The position numbers and the translations under genes were made by a program. A model generated the notes under the pieces. That model had not been told where the DNA came from, did not search any database, and saw only the letters and a list, made by a program, of their open reading frames with translations. This document shows positions 39,386 to 52,835 of a stretch of 64,000 nucleotides of DNA, piece by piece (the first letter of the stretch is position 1; each line of letters begins with the position of its first letter). The stretch spans positions 49,910,001 through 49,974,000 of the forward strand of contig OX597821.1 of assembly GCA_951406725.2 (NCBI GenBank), written 5' to 3'. This DNA comes from Octopus vulgaris (lineage: Eukaryota).

Positions 39386-40866
39386 AGACTGCTACTTTGC
39401 ACTTGATACAGTACATACGCTGCCTGAAGACAAAGAAATTATGGCATCCCTCACCTTCTACTAACAACTGTTTCTATGAAATGAATTGACAGGAAACATA
39501 TTTATTGGCTGCTCAACCGGTTTACTAGAGATGCCTTCGAAAAAAGAAAGAAAGATAAAGTAAAAAAACGGACGTTTTTTTTTTCTGCTAAGGCACTGCT
39601 TTTAATAAGATATTATTCATAAAATATTGCACGAAATCAAATATTCAGGGAAAAGTCTTTTGTTTGTTTTATTTTATGTCAAATTTATTGCAATTGCAGT
39701 CATAATCTTTGTTATGCATATTCACTAGGCGAGCCAAAATAATCGCTTCCTTCTTCAAGTACTTCTTCCGACTATCGTCTTCATTTTCGACCGTCTCGTT
39801 GCCGTCATATTGCTTGGGAATCCTCTGCTTTTACAACTCTATTTCTATTTAGTTTATTTCATATTTATTATTTTATACTACTACTACTACTACTACTACT
39901 ACTAACAACAACAACAACAACAGCAGCAATAGTAGTAATAGTAGTAGTAGTAGTAGTAGTAGTTAGAACAACAGCAACAAAAACAACAATCCATCCCACT
40001 ATAGGCGCAAGGCCTGAAATTTGGCGGAGTGCGGTGGGATAGTTAACTACATCGACCCTCAGAGCTGAACTGATACTTATTTTATTAATCTGGACACGAT
40101 GAAAAACAAAGCCAGCCTCGATGGGTTTTGAACTCACAACGTAAAGCGAAAAGAAGTGCCGCATTTTGTCTGAGGCGTTAACTATTCTACCTAAAATTGT
40201 GCTTAATGTACGTCGTTGTAATAACGATAATAACATTCCAATTATCCATATATGTACTTTGATCTTAATTGTTATCATCAGTGTCGAATTTAATTTTATT
40301 AGTTAAGGATATTAGATATGTGGGAAATTTGACCGGCGACTGTTGGTGCAGCACCTTTCGGAGTAAGAAAAAGAGAGAAAGAGGGTTTGAAAAAAAAAGA
40401 GAGAAAGAGGGAGAGTGAAGTTTCCCTTTAAGGGGAAAGAACAGCTCAGGGTATTTAATTTTTTTTTTTTTTTATTGTGAGGGGTCTTTTTCATTTGAGT
40501 GATAGAACATATGAAATAAGATAAATTTCTTTCAATCAAAAAGGCTTTTCTCTTTCAAATTAGACAGGTTGAAGTTTTTCGCATGTGAAAGAGCCGGAAT
40601 GAGAAACAGATAGAGAGAGAGAGAGAGTGAGAGAACGCGAAGGAAGAGAGAAGAGATGTTAAGACAACTTCAGTTATGAATACATTCACAAAAGATTTCC
40701 TTTAACCAGGAAGATAAGGAGAGAAGTCAAATCTTGAATGGATTTAAACTCTTTTATTTCCCTGTCCTTGAAAAATAAGAACCAATCAACGATATTTCTG
40801 GAAAGTTAATTGAATAAACTTGTGCTGAATCACCGATTTTACGGACTTGAACTAACTTCTTTATGG

Positions 40867-40979
<113 letters not shown>

Positions 40980-41025
40980 TGTGTGCGCGTGTGTGTCTGT
41001 TTGTCTGTATATATATATATATATA

Positions 41026-41450
41026 GGCGCAGGAGTGGCTGTGTGGTAAGTAGCTTGCTTACCAACTACATGGTTCGGGGTTCAGCCCCACTGCGTGGCA
41101 CCTTGGGCAAGTGTCTTCTACTATAGCCTCGGGCCGACCAAAGTCTTGTGAGTGGATTTGGTAGACGGAAACTGAAAGATGCCCGTTGTATATATGTATA
41201 TATATATGTATATATATATATATGTGTATGTGCGTGTATGTTTATGTGTCTGTGTTTGTCCCCCTAGCATTGCTTGACAACCGATGCTGGTGTGTTTATG
41301 TCCCCGTCACTTAGCGGTTCGGCAAAAGAGACCGATAGAATAAGTACTGGGCTTACAAAGAATAAGTCCCGGGGTCGAGTTGCTCGATTAAAGGCGGTGC
41401 TCCAGCATGGCCGCAGTCAAATGACTGAAACAAGTAAAAGAGTAAAGAGT
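41026..41450 (+). mobile_element. Full-length young copy of major tRNA-derived SINE
   Basis: GGCGCAGGAGTGGCTGTGTGG head through TGACTGAAACAAGTAAAAGAGT tail. Confidence 0.9.
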
Positions 41451-41469
41451 ATATATGTATGTATATATA

Positions 41470-41753
41470 TCGTGGCAGACCGTCGGTTACGACGGCGAGG
41501 GTTCCAGTTGATTCGATCAACGGAACAGCCTGCTCATGAAATTAACGTGCAAGTGGCTGAGCATTCCAAAGAAAGAGTGTGAAAAAGCTGTGGTGAAAGA
41601 GTACAGTAGAGTTCGCCACCACCCCCTGCCGGAGCCTCGTGAAGTTTTAGGAGGTTTTCGCTCAATAAACACTCACAACGCCCGATCTGGGAATCGAAAC
41701 CGCGATCCTACGACCGAGACTCCGCTGCCGTAACCACTGGGCCATTGCACCTC

Positions 41754-41755
<2 letters not shown>
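41470..41755 (-). mobile_element. Second tRNA-headed SINE family
   Basis: Head TGGCCCAGTGGTTA...GTTTCGATTCCC; body shared with the element at 51853-52930. Confidence 0.7.
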
Positions 41756-41802
<47 letters not shown>

Positions 41803-41877
41803 ACACATATGTGTGTGTATATGCATACATTTGCATGCATATATATATATGCATATATATATGCATATGTATATATA

Positions 41878-41912
<35 letters not shown>

Positions 41913-42189
41913 GTGTATATATGTGCTTTTACCTGCATACACAGTTACAAACATGTATATTTATGGTTTTTTACCCGTACATCTATGTGTTCTCATAAAT
42001 ACAACGTTATTTAATATACATATCTTTAGTAGGTATATAAAATAAAAATCGTACGAGTCGCTGTGTGGTAAGTAGCTTGCTTAACATCCACTTGGTTCCG
42101 AGCTCAGTTCCTTGGGCAAGTGTCTTCTACTAAAGTCCCTGGCCGACCGAAGCCTTGTGAGTGGATTTGGAAACTGAAAGAAATCCGTC

Positions 42190-42254
<65 letters not shown>

Positions 42255-42694
42255 TTGCATGTTTGTGTTTGTCCTCCCCGATCATCAATTGATTAGGTTT
42301 ACAAAAGTACTAGGTTTACAAAGAATAAGTCCTAGAGTCGATTTGCTCGACTAAAAGCGGTGCTCCAGCATGGTTGCAGTCAAATGACTGAAACAAATAA
42401 AAGAATAAAAGCATATCACCCGAATAAATTACTTAATTAGTAAAAAAGGAGCGAATTATATATTTCTTTAAAGGTGACAATGACTTCAAAATTACTGCTG
42501 CCTTTAAGTACAACCCACGCGCGTGCGCGCAAATACATGTGGATAAATATAAGGAAAAGTACTCAATGATCAACATAGAGTTGATAACAGTTAAAAGCAG
42601 ATATTTTCAGAGTTGTAAAGAATCACGATTAATGGGGCATTGGTGTTGTTATCATCGTCGTAGTCGAGTGTGCGTGCAGGATTGCATAGACACA

Positions 42695-42729
<35 letters not shown>

Positions 42730-42897
42730 ATAAAAACAGTTTCATTCACATTTGTTGGTACTTTTGAGTTTCAAGCGTGATGTTAGTCGTCAGCCATACA
42801 TACATACATACATACATACATACATACAAAAATACCCTGTTGATATTGTTGAAATTAAACTGAATAATGACTTACATACATACACCCATGCATCCAT

Positions 42898-42963
<66 letters not shown>

Positions 42964-43372
42964 GTGTGTGTGTGCGTACGTACGTATGTGTGCATATATG
43001 TTTGTATGTGTTAGTGTGTGTGTGTGTGTGTCTGTATATATATATATATATATTATATATCTTAAAGGATAAGAAAAACAAAACCAAGGCAGGACGAGCA
43101 TCTCAGGTTATTTTGAATATAGAATTAGAGTAAGGTGAATAAAAAAAAGTAGAAGTAATTAATGTCTTACAGCTGTTTCTGGGATAGCTCAGCTAATGGG
43201 TCAATGCCTCCATACACTAGGCATTCCGTCATTGTATGTATGTATGTGTGTGTGTGTTTGTGTGTGTTTGTATGTGAGTGTGTGTGTGTATGTGAGTGTG
43301 TGTATGCATGCATACTCAGGCTTCAACTGTTCAACACCATTCAGACCTATCTTTAACAACTTTCTATACATA

Positions 43373-43776
43373 GGCGCAAGAGTGGCTGTGTGGTAAGGAG
43401 CTTGCTAACCAACCACATGGTTCCGGGTTCAGTCCCACTGCGTGGCATCTTGGTCAAGTGTCTTCTGCTATAGCCCCGGGCCAACCAATGCCTTGTGAGT
43501 GGATTTGGTAGACGGAAACTGAAAGAAGCCTGTCGTATATATGTATATATATATATATGCATGTGTGTGTGTGTTTGTCCCCCTAGCATTGCTTGACAAC
43601 CGATGCTGGTGTGTTTACGTCCCCGTCACTTAGCGGTTCGGCAAAAGAGACCGATAGAATAAGTACTAGGCTTCCAAAGAATAAGTCCCGGGGTCGAGTT
43701 GCTCGACTAAAGGCGGTGCTCCAGCATGGCCGCAGTCAAATGACTGAAACAAGTAAAAGAGTAAAGAGTAAAGAGT
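43373..43776 (+). mobile_element. Full-length major SINE
   Basis: Family match. Confidence 0.9.
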
Positions 43777-46194
43777 ATTGCCCCTTGTAAGATCCATTTC
43801 TCTCAGCGTGCCTTCAACTGTTCCACGCCAGTTGATGGTTGACCAACCAGCTTCTGGCTTCTCAAACAGTGTCCATCACAATGCTACCTTCGTTACGCCG
43901 TCACACTCTATTCTCTATATTAAACAAACCGACCCACCTTTATTTTATTTCATGGTCCACACTATTCCGACCAGTTTTACGGTACTACTCTTCATTTGAC
44001 ATGTTGGCACACAGGCATAGCAGATTTTTTTCCTTAGACACCCATTGTAGGAATTAATAATCTTATTCATGACTTCTTTTATCTCTTCAGCCTCCTAAGC
44101 CAGTCATTAGGACAAATTTTGATACCATTGTCATAGAGTCTAGTTTTAATCGTAAGACTATTGCCTACACTTTCAGATCGGTTGAAGTCTTGTAAATACT
44201 CCTCGCGCTTTGGTCACACACCTATTTGAATGTCTTATCATTATTTCTTTCTTTCTTTTTTTTTTTTTGCTCCTCCGACTTTGCTGATAAGGCTTCCGAA
44301 ATATGTAAAGGTCTCCCCAGTCTAATAGTTCACTGTGAGCAGCGTTATGTGTAGGATAGTTAGAGTTTGTTTACATGATTTGTGATTTTGATAGGGTGAG
44401 TTACCTGCGGATGAAATGTTTGACCGTTAAAAATTTGTAATCGTTACCTGGAGAAGTCTAAAGTCCCTATCAAAACTAAGAACAGTTTAACCCTTAAGAT
44501 CAAAACAGAATTTTAAGTTACATGCCTATGAATTTGTAACGCAGAAGTTTTTTTTCCCGGTACAAAGGCCTTACCCAATCAAAAAGTGGTTTGTAAACTC
44601 GTAATTCACTCTTGGTACTACAAGTGGGCCCACTTTGGTCATTTCCACTGGGCGCTGGAGCAGCTAAAAATAGCAGTCTAATATTTCTCAGATTCCTACT
44701 GCCTTAAGAATGCGACGGATGTATTACATAATGTAATCTGAAAAAAACTATGCATGGAAAAAAACCGGAATGGTCACGGTTGGAAACTTTTTTAATCATA
44801 GATCAGTGTTGATCCGGGGTCAGAAAAAAAAAACATATTTTAAGCGAAATTTCCAAGTAAGAAAGGAATCTAATTGAATAAAAAGAAATCTAAGCGTTTA
44901 ACTATTTCTAAATGGCTTTTTTTTTTCTTTTAGAAATCAATTAATGATCCTACGTTTCCTTTATGATCATGATATTTTGTGGGAAATTTTACTGGCGACT
45001 GTTGGTGCAGCCGCCTTTAGTTGTTTTCAGAATAAGAGAAGGAGATTATATTTAATATCCAATAACAGATTGAACTAATGAAACTGTAAATGAAAGAATA
45101 GCCGTGGCGAGTAGGCGTGGTTTCTATATAAATGCGGGAGTGTCTCTAATTTGAGATTCTTTTAAAATCACATGCTATTTTGTGGAGTTTTTTTTTTCAT
45201 TAATATGTCACTAAATTCTACTAAATTAATAATCACTTAATTTCTTTTACTTCCCTTCCATCGTGGAATTTTCGTTGATATCACTTTTAGAAAGGCGTGG
45301 TATTTAAAAACCATTGTAAACTTGTATTAAGGATCTAAAGCTTTCTCAGAAATTGCGCTGAATTACGCATGGTAAATTTAACTCATTTTGCATTTGTTGC
45401 TTTACCTGCGTGGGAAAGAATACAAAAACCATATAGTTAAGGATTTCTAATCAGGAAGTGGCATAACTTCGATTTCAAATCACGTTTTCTTTATCTGCTA
45501 TTTTGATAGTCAGTATAAAAATCAGCTGGTTTTACCATGAGTCACTGTTGGAATGGATTTAGCTTCTTAAATAGAACTGATTATTTTCATAAAAAATTTG
45601 TAGTGTCCGTATTTTTTAATCAGAAAGTAGTTATGTGATACTTTATTTGATTAATCTCATGAAGAGGAAACAAATGTTTTACTTCGTGTGAAGTCCGGTC
45701 AAAGTTTCAAGGTTGCAAAAAAGGCCAATGGCAGGGTTATTGCTTTACAATTGGTTATTTTTAAAAATCCCGTCACAGGATTTAAGACACAGAAAGAAAA
45801 TGTTGTTTCTTTCACTCGCACACGCACATACCACCACCACCACCACCATACTTCCTTCTAAAGTCAATGAAAACGTTTGCTTCGTGTTCCTTTCAATTTT
45901 TTGTCGGATTTTCAACCTTAAAGACGCGATTAAAAAAAATACAATCAACTACCGTAAGGTATATAATCAACTATACCCCATTCCATAATTCTTTTCTTTA
46001 TTTCATAAAGAAAGAAAAACGTGGCTCTTATACTACCTACGTTAGAAATAATCCTTTTTAACAGGATTAAGTGTAACTAGACCTTTAATCGGATGTTTCA
46101 GTTTAAATAGTGTTAGGTGCTTCGTTTTCAAATCAACTAAGTCAACTATTCAGTTATCTTAAGGCAGAGAAACTACCATCAAAACGAATTCTGC

Positions 46195-46240
<46 letters not shown>

Positions 46241-46264
46241 TTCTCTAATTTATTACATTTTTAT

Positions 46265-46640
46265 TCTTCTATTCTCTAACTTGATTCAGTCATTTGACTG
46301 TGGCCATGCCGGAGCACGTCCTTTAGTCGAACAAATCGACCCCAGGACTTATTCTTTGCAAGCCTAGTATTTATTCCATCTGTGTCTTTTGCCGAACTGC
46401 TAAGTTACACCAGCATCGGTTGTCAAGCGATGGTGTGTGTGTGTGGGGGGGACAAACATAGACGCGCGCGCACGCACATATATGTATACAACGGGCTTCT
46501 TTCAGTTTCTCTTTGCCAAATCCACTCACAAGGTTTTGGTTAGCTCGAGGCTATAGTAGAAAACACTTGCCCAAGGTGCCACGCAGTGAGACTGAACCCG
46601 GAACCATGTGGTAGGTAAGCAAGCTACTTACCCCACGGCT
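46265..46640 (-). mobile_element. Major SINE, head-to-head with a partial + copy (46655-46790)
   Basis: Family match. Confidence 0.8.
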
Positions 46641-47026
46641 TTCTTACATATATATAGGAGTGATTGTGTAAGAAACTTGCTTCCTAGCAACATGGTTCCA
46701 GGTTCAGTCCCACTGCATGGCACCTTGACATTCGGGAGGGCCAAAGCTTTGTGAGTGGATTTGGTAGACGGAAACTGAAAGAAGCCCCTCGTAGCGGCCC
46801 TTAATGTTTGTCTTCGTCGATTCTTTACTCTGTGCGCCCATTATGTTGCTGTGTTCGTTCGAAACTCTAAATTTCCACAAATTTTATATTTTCATAAATT
46901 TCTGGATGCTGCTGTTTTATGAAAGTTTCCTATCTTGTCGTTGAAAGCTCGAAATAGGGATTAATAAATAGTCGACAACTGAGGAAGAATTAGACTTATT
47001 TTGGTATTTTGTCTTGTAATTAATGC

Positions 47027-47122
<96 letters not shown>

Positions 47123-47543
47123 GCATATACACACACATATACACACACACATATATATACAATAATAATATAAATAATATATAAATATATGCATATATAC
47201 ATGCATATATGGGTACAGGACTTTTAAAAAAACGTAGACACAATGAGAAATGAGACATGCAACATAAAGAACATTCCCTTCATCAGTTGTCCCCTGTTTT
47301 ATCTATTCCGCATTTCGAAGGTAAGGAAAAGACGCGACTTTGTTAAAACATATATGTATGTATGTATATATATATATATATATATATATACTTTATTTTA
47401 AGCAGCAACGAAAATTCAACAAAATCTAGAGTAACAGATTTTGTTGAATTTTCTGCTGCTTAAAATAAAGCATATTACTCTACCACTGGTATTTGAGTAC
47501 TCTTTTTTCCCACCTTTGTTTTCCACATTTATGTGTTTACTCC

Positions 47544-47598
<55 letters not shown>

Positions 47599-48117
47599 CA
47601 AATAAGAAAGTGGAGAGGATACAAAATCGACAGACACCAGCCGGTAAACATTCCATGTATTAGTGGTACAGGTTATCAAATAGAAAGGATGTGGAAGCAT
47701 ATAATCATATTAATTAATTGCGTAAATGAGCAAATGACTAAAACAGTAAGTGAACAGATTATCAGTAAAACCGAATGGGTGTGTAAGTGTTAGTTCCTTA
47801 GGCTTTTTTCTGCCAAGAGGCAACGAAATCTTCCGGGTTATCTCCATCTATTCAGTGTTATGTAGGAATGAGCAGGTAAGGCTTGGATAATGAATGTGCC
47901 TTTAGGCTTCTTCAGAGAGTCTAAGTGGTTGGGGGGGGGGCAACACGTATAAAAAACAGTTAATAATAGCTATAGTGTGTTTGTCTGTTCAAAATAGAGT
48001 AGAAAAAGAATAGGAGTAAGAAGAAGTCTAATATATTGGAATAAATCGGTATACTGGAAATGTTTATCGGCTGATGTCTGTCTATTTTCTATCCTCTCCA
48101 CTTTCTTATTTGCTATA

Positions 48118-48172
<55 letters not shown>

Positions 48173-48349
48173 AGAGTTTACGAAAAAAACAAATGACGAA
48201 GACAGGTGGTGTACAAAACAAAGGTAAGGACAAGAGGCGACTTCGTTAAAACAGGAATAGAAAAAGTCTTTTACGTTTCGAGCCTACGCTCTTCTACAGA
48301 AAGGGACGCAGAAAAAAACAAGGAGAGAAAAAATGTGTGTAGTGGCTAG

Positions 48350-48398
<49 letters not shown>

Positions 48399-48713
48399 GA
48401 AATGACTGTTTTAACGAAGTCGCCTCTTGTCCTTACCTTCGGAACGCCGAGTAGATAAAACAGGGGACAACTGATGAAGGGAATGTTCTTTATGTTGCAT
48501 GTCTCGTTTCTCTGTTTGTTTATTTTCTTCTTATTTGCCGTATAAATCAAGGTTAAGCCGCTTTTTACCCCTCGCTCATATATAACACTCAATTGCGAGA
48601 TTGCCACGCAATAACTAGCACATGGGAATGAATAACTGGGTACACTACCAGCAGTATATTGGATAGGTACTATCCATTAGTTGGTTGTTCCTAAACCTCT
48701 AACTCACACAGAA

Positions 48714-48760
<47 letters not shown>

Positions 48761-49331
48761 AAATATATAAATTATATATATAATATATAAAAAATACATA
48801 TATATGTATGTATGTGTGTATGTATGTATGTATGTATGTATTTGTGTGTCTGTATTTGTTCTCCCAAGTACTAGGGTTACAAAGAATAAGCCCCGAGGTC
48901 AATTTGTTTGATTAAAGGTGGTGCTCCAGCATGGCTGGAGTCAGATGACTGAAACAAGTAAAAGAGTGAAGAATATACGCACACACTCAGACACACATGT
49001 ATATATGTGTGGGTGGCGTGCGTACGTGTGTGTGTGTGTTTGTGAGCGAGAGAGAAATAAATAAATAAAGATAGAGAGAGAAAGTGTGTGTGTGTGTGTG
49101 TGTGTGTGCGTGTAATTATTAGTGACAGAAGTAGTATTAGTACTAAAACGCAATCTTTATATCTAACTTAACGTGGATATCTTGCTAGAACATCGAGTAG
49201 ATATGCACCCTTGTTGCCTAACTATTACATCAGAGATTCAGCTAGGTAGGAAATACATGTAACGTGCATATCACATGTTACACTCCCTCAGTTTGGTTAT
49301 ATACATAAATGGGTGTGTGTGAGAGGATTTT

Positions 49332-49422
49332 AATTTCTTTATATTGTAGTACCCATAACAAATTTCTTTATATCGTAGTACCCATAACAAATTTCTTTAT
49401 ATCGTAGTACCCATAACAAATT
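49332..49422. repeat. 29-bp tandem repeat x3
   Basis: AATTTCTTTATATCGTAGTACCCATAACA. Confidence 0.9.
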
Positions 49423-49552
49423 CGCAACAAGCTGATGATAGAAGATATGATAAAGAAAGGTGAAAATAATATTGTTAAGGTTATAGGTACCAATGATACG
49501 GGTAATTTGGACATGTAATTCATACAGTTCTATATTTAAGAGATGAGGAATT

Positions 49553-50374
49553 ATGTACATTATTTACATTTGACGGATATTTGTCCTCATCTTGTTTGTT
49601 GTTAACACGTTTCGGCTGATATAGACTCCAGCTTTCATCAGATGTCTTGGGGAAATTTTGAACCTGTGTTGTTGTTGTTGTTGTTGTTATTATTATTAAT
49701 AATATATTATTATTATGGAATCGAACTTGGAATCTTGGGGTTAGTAGCCCGCGCTCTTAACCACTACGCCATATGCCCGTGAGCAATTATAGAGTGAATT
49801 TTAGGGCTTATAAATCTAATATTCTCCTATCCTTCCTTAATACCGGTTCCCATATGCTGTTCATATCTGCACACGGTCTGCTTAGGAAGTTGTTGTGTCC
49901 TAGCGTATGTGCTGCTTCTTTTAGTTCTCGTATTTTCCAATGGTCTTCTCTGTCTATTATTTTAACTTCATCCCACAGGGGAAGGTGGTCTCCATTTTTC
50001 CATACATGATCAGCTATACCCGATTTATCAATATCTCCCCGTGTCACAGCTTTGTGATGTTCCTCTACCCTTATTTTGAGGGGGCGGCATATTTCGCCTT
50101 TGTATAACTTACCACAGCTGCATGGGATGGAGAACACGCAGTTCTTAGTCATATTCTCTTCTATTGGTGGTTTTACTCGAAGGAGATATTTGCGAAGTGT
50201 TGTATTACTTTTTCAACACTGTCCTGATGTCATATGGGCCGCATATATTTTGTATCTTTTCGGAGAGGCCTTCACATAGGGTAGATAGACTGTGAACAGT
50301 TTATCGGTTTCATCCTCTCTTTTTTTTCATTATGAAGATTCCGAGTTCGATTCCAGGCAGTGACCTTAATGATG

Positions 50375-50437
<63 letters not shown>

Positions 50438-50587
50438 TTAAAAAATACCTTAAGAATGAGAACCCAGATTAAAAATTTCCTCAAGACACCTGATGAAGGC
50501 TGGAAGGTATATCAGCCGAAACGTTGTGTTAACAACAAACAAGATGAGGACAAATATTCGTCAACTATAAATAATGTAAATAATGTA
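49553..50587 (-). mobile_element. Penelope-like element 3' portion with inverted pseudo-LTRs
   Basis: GIY-YIG ORF 49808-50152 (NCVFSIPCSCGKLYKGEICRPLKIRVEEH...SGIADHVW...RELKEA); 49553-49735 and 50335-50587 are inverted copies, each with a hammerhead motif. Confidence 0.9.
50485..50530 (+). ncRNA. Minimal type I hammerhead ribozyme motif (PLE-associated)
   Basis: GACAC-CUGAUGA-A-GGCUG...CAGCC-GAAAC-GUU-GUGUU: canonical core, stem II, palindromic AACGUU stem III. Confidence 0.65.
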
Positions 50588-50709
50588 AATAATGCATTAA
50601 TTCATGTTGTAACGACGATAGTAGAGAAGGTCATGATGGCGTACTTTGCGAATTAAGTAAGGCGTGAGACGTAGAGATGATGTAAATAGCAACAAAGAAA
50701 ATCACTCAC

Positions 50710-50857
50710 CATAAATGCGGAATGCGTATTCCAGTTTCGTTTCTAATGTAGATTTATCATTAAACACAGATAACATGTCGAGGAAATCTTCAAATGTTAA
50801 GGCCCCATTGTCATTGGTTGAGAATACTTGACATATTCGGTCTTGGAACGGGTTTAC
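50710..50857 (-). CDS. CIB1: CIB1-like exon (VNPFQDRICQVFSTNDNGALTFEDFLDMLSVFNDKSTLETKLEYAFRIY)
   Basis: 148-nt exon, ctttag/gtgagt boundaries; NPF.DRIC.VFS and FEDFLDMLSVF...K..YAFRIY are CIB signatures; splices in frame to 13934 across a ~36.8-kb intron. Confidence 0.93.
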
Positions 50858-50882
50858 CTAAAGAATATATATATACATATAT

Positions 50883-51097
50883 ATCTGTAAATGTAATATG
50901 TGACAATTATTCGGTAGCCATGATAAAACTCCGAGTTTCGGATGCCGGGCTGGAAATCCACGCTGCCATCTCTTCAGTTATCCGACCAACGGAAAAAATG
51001 CTATGAAAGTGGCGGCGTGGATTTCCACCCCGGCAACCGAAACTCGTAATTTTTATCATGGCTACCGAATAATTGTCACATATTACATTTTTCAGAT
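50883..51097. mobile_element. MITE / foldback element with ~90-bp inverted arms
   Basis: AATGTAATATGTGACAATTATTCGGTAGCCATGATAAAA... / ...TTTTATCATGGCTACCGAATAATTGTCACATATTACATT. Confidence 0.85.
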
Positions 51098-51160
51098 GAA
51101 TTCTTCTATTTACATAATATCGAGGTCTCTTTCATTCTTTTGTTGTCTTACCATTTTTAT

Positions 51161-51239
<79 letters not shown>

Positions 51240-51266
51240 CATTACACATATACATAAACACACATA

Positions 51267-51477
51267 CGAAGGGGTGCTGAGGAGTTCCTGGCTTTGGGTA
51301 AAAAAAAACACAGGACGGTCAATTATGATTTTATTCAACATATTCCCCTCCCAGTTTAACACACTTATTGCAGCAATTCTTCTTTTTCTTAGCCTTGTAA
51401 AAAAACTCGGAAGGTTGGGTCCCCAACCAGGCCTTTCGGGATATCCTTAAAGCCAGGAACTTTTCAACACCCTCTCG
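51267..51477. mobile_element. mariner-derived MITE
   Basis: TA-CGAAGGGGTGCTGAGGAGTTCCTGGCTTT ... AAAGCCAGGAACTTTTCAACACCCTCTCG. Confidence 0.75.
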
Positions 51478-51737
51478 TGAATACAAACATATACACATGT
51501 ATGTGGTTGGATTTCAACTCAGAAAGACGTAACCAAATATCGCCAAATATTTTGACCAGTGGTCTAGCGAGATTCCCAGTCTATCACCCAATTAACTGAA
51601 AAGTACTGAACAATTCAGGATTCTATTGTTACAAGTTGTAGTTTATTGTCTGATGGTGAAGGGCACCATAACCCCCGGGAGTTCTGAATAATTACTGACG
51701 ATGCATCCGGAAATATCCACGAGATGTATCTTAAAAC

Positions 51738-51826
<89 letters not shown>

Positions 51827-52212
51827 ATATATATATATGTATGTATATATTGTTGTGACCCCCTTCGGTCATGAATGACAATGGGATTGCACCAAGAAAG
51901 TTACCCTCCGAGGCACAAGTCTGGGCAAGGTTGTTTATGGAAGACCAGCAGTCGCCCACGCATACCAGCCTCCCCTCTCCACGCCACCGATGTTATCCAA
52001 GGGAAAGGCAAAGGCCGATACAGCTTGGCACCAGTGACATCGCAGCTCTTTTATTAACGTGCAAGTGGCCGAGCATTTCACAGACACGTGTACCCTTGAC
52101 GTAGTTCTCGGGGAGATTCAGTGTGACACAGAGTGTGACAAGGCGAGCCCTTTGAAATACAGGTACAATGAAACAGGAAGAAAGAGTGAGAGAAAGTTGT
52201 GGTGAAAGAGTA

Positions 52213-52835
52213 ATGTTCGTCCTTCGGGTTCGAAGATGACCATTGACATCAGTTGGTGGAATTGCTGCTATGAGACCGGAGGTGGCTGGTGAGGCCAATC
52301 CGGGCAAGAAAGCCCCTCCCACAGGTGGGGCAGAAGTGGGTAGGGGCTGTGCTATTGGTGCAGCTGGCTCTGGCTTTCCGCATCTGGCGTTTCTGTTCTG
52401 CTGACTGAATCCGTCTCTCCTCGGCTGTCTTTGCTCCTGTGGTGATTGCACTGCGCCAGGATGAGCGATCGGCAGCAAGTGTCTCCCAAGTCTCTGTGCC
52501 GATGGAGAAGTCCTTGAGAGAGACTTTGAGACTGTCCTTGAAGCGCTTCTTCTGCCCTCCGACTTTGCGTTTGCCCTGGTTGAGTTCACCGTAGAAGAGC
52601 TGTTTTGGGATGCGAGTGTCGGACATGCGGGAGACGTGGCCTGCCCATCTCAGCTGGGCCTTGCGCATGATCGTGATGGTGCTAGGGAGATCTGTCTGCT
52701 TCAGAACTTCCGTGTCTGGGACTTTGTCCTGCCAGCGGATGTGAAGGAGGTTCCGAAGACACCTGAGGTGGAAGTGGTTTATCTGGCGCTCGTGTCTTCG
52801 GTAAGCAGTCCACGTCTCGCAGTCCACGTGGAGAC
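52213..52835 (-). mobile_element. Young 5'-truncated RTE (BovB-like) LINE
   Basis: Uninterrupted 192-aa frame (CETWTAYRRH...QLRWAGHVSRM..RIPKQLFYGEL...CPTCGRGFLARIGLTSHLRSH); 14-bp TSD GTGGTGAAAGAGTA (52199-52212, 52836-52849); inserted into a SINE (51853-52930). Confidence 0.92.

Noticed and set aside
48436-48482. Permuted (type II) hammerhead around CTGATGAAGGG
   Set aside because: Stem I cannot be formed and the GAAA half is degenerate.
49717-49778. tRNA gene
   Set aside because: Acceptor and T stems are incomplete; treated as a tRNA-derived head. The same applies to the SINE heads.
51993-52589. 198-aa minus-strand ORF
   Set aside because: It is an alternative frame of the GC-rich RTE insertion running into SINE sequence.
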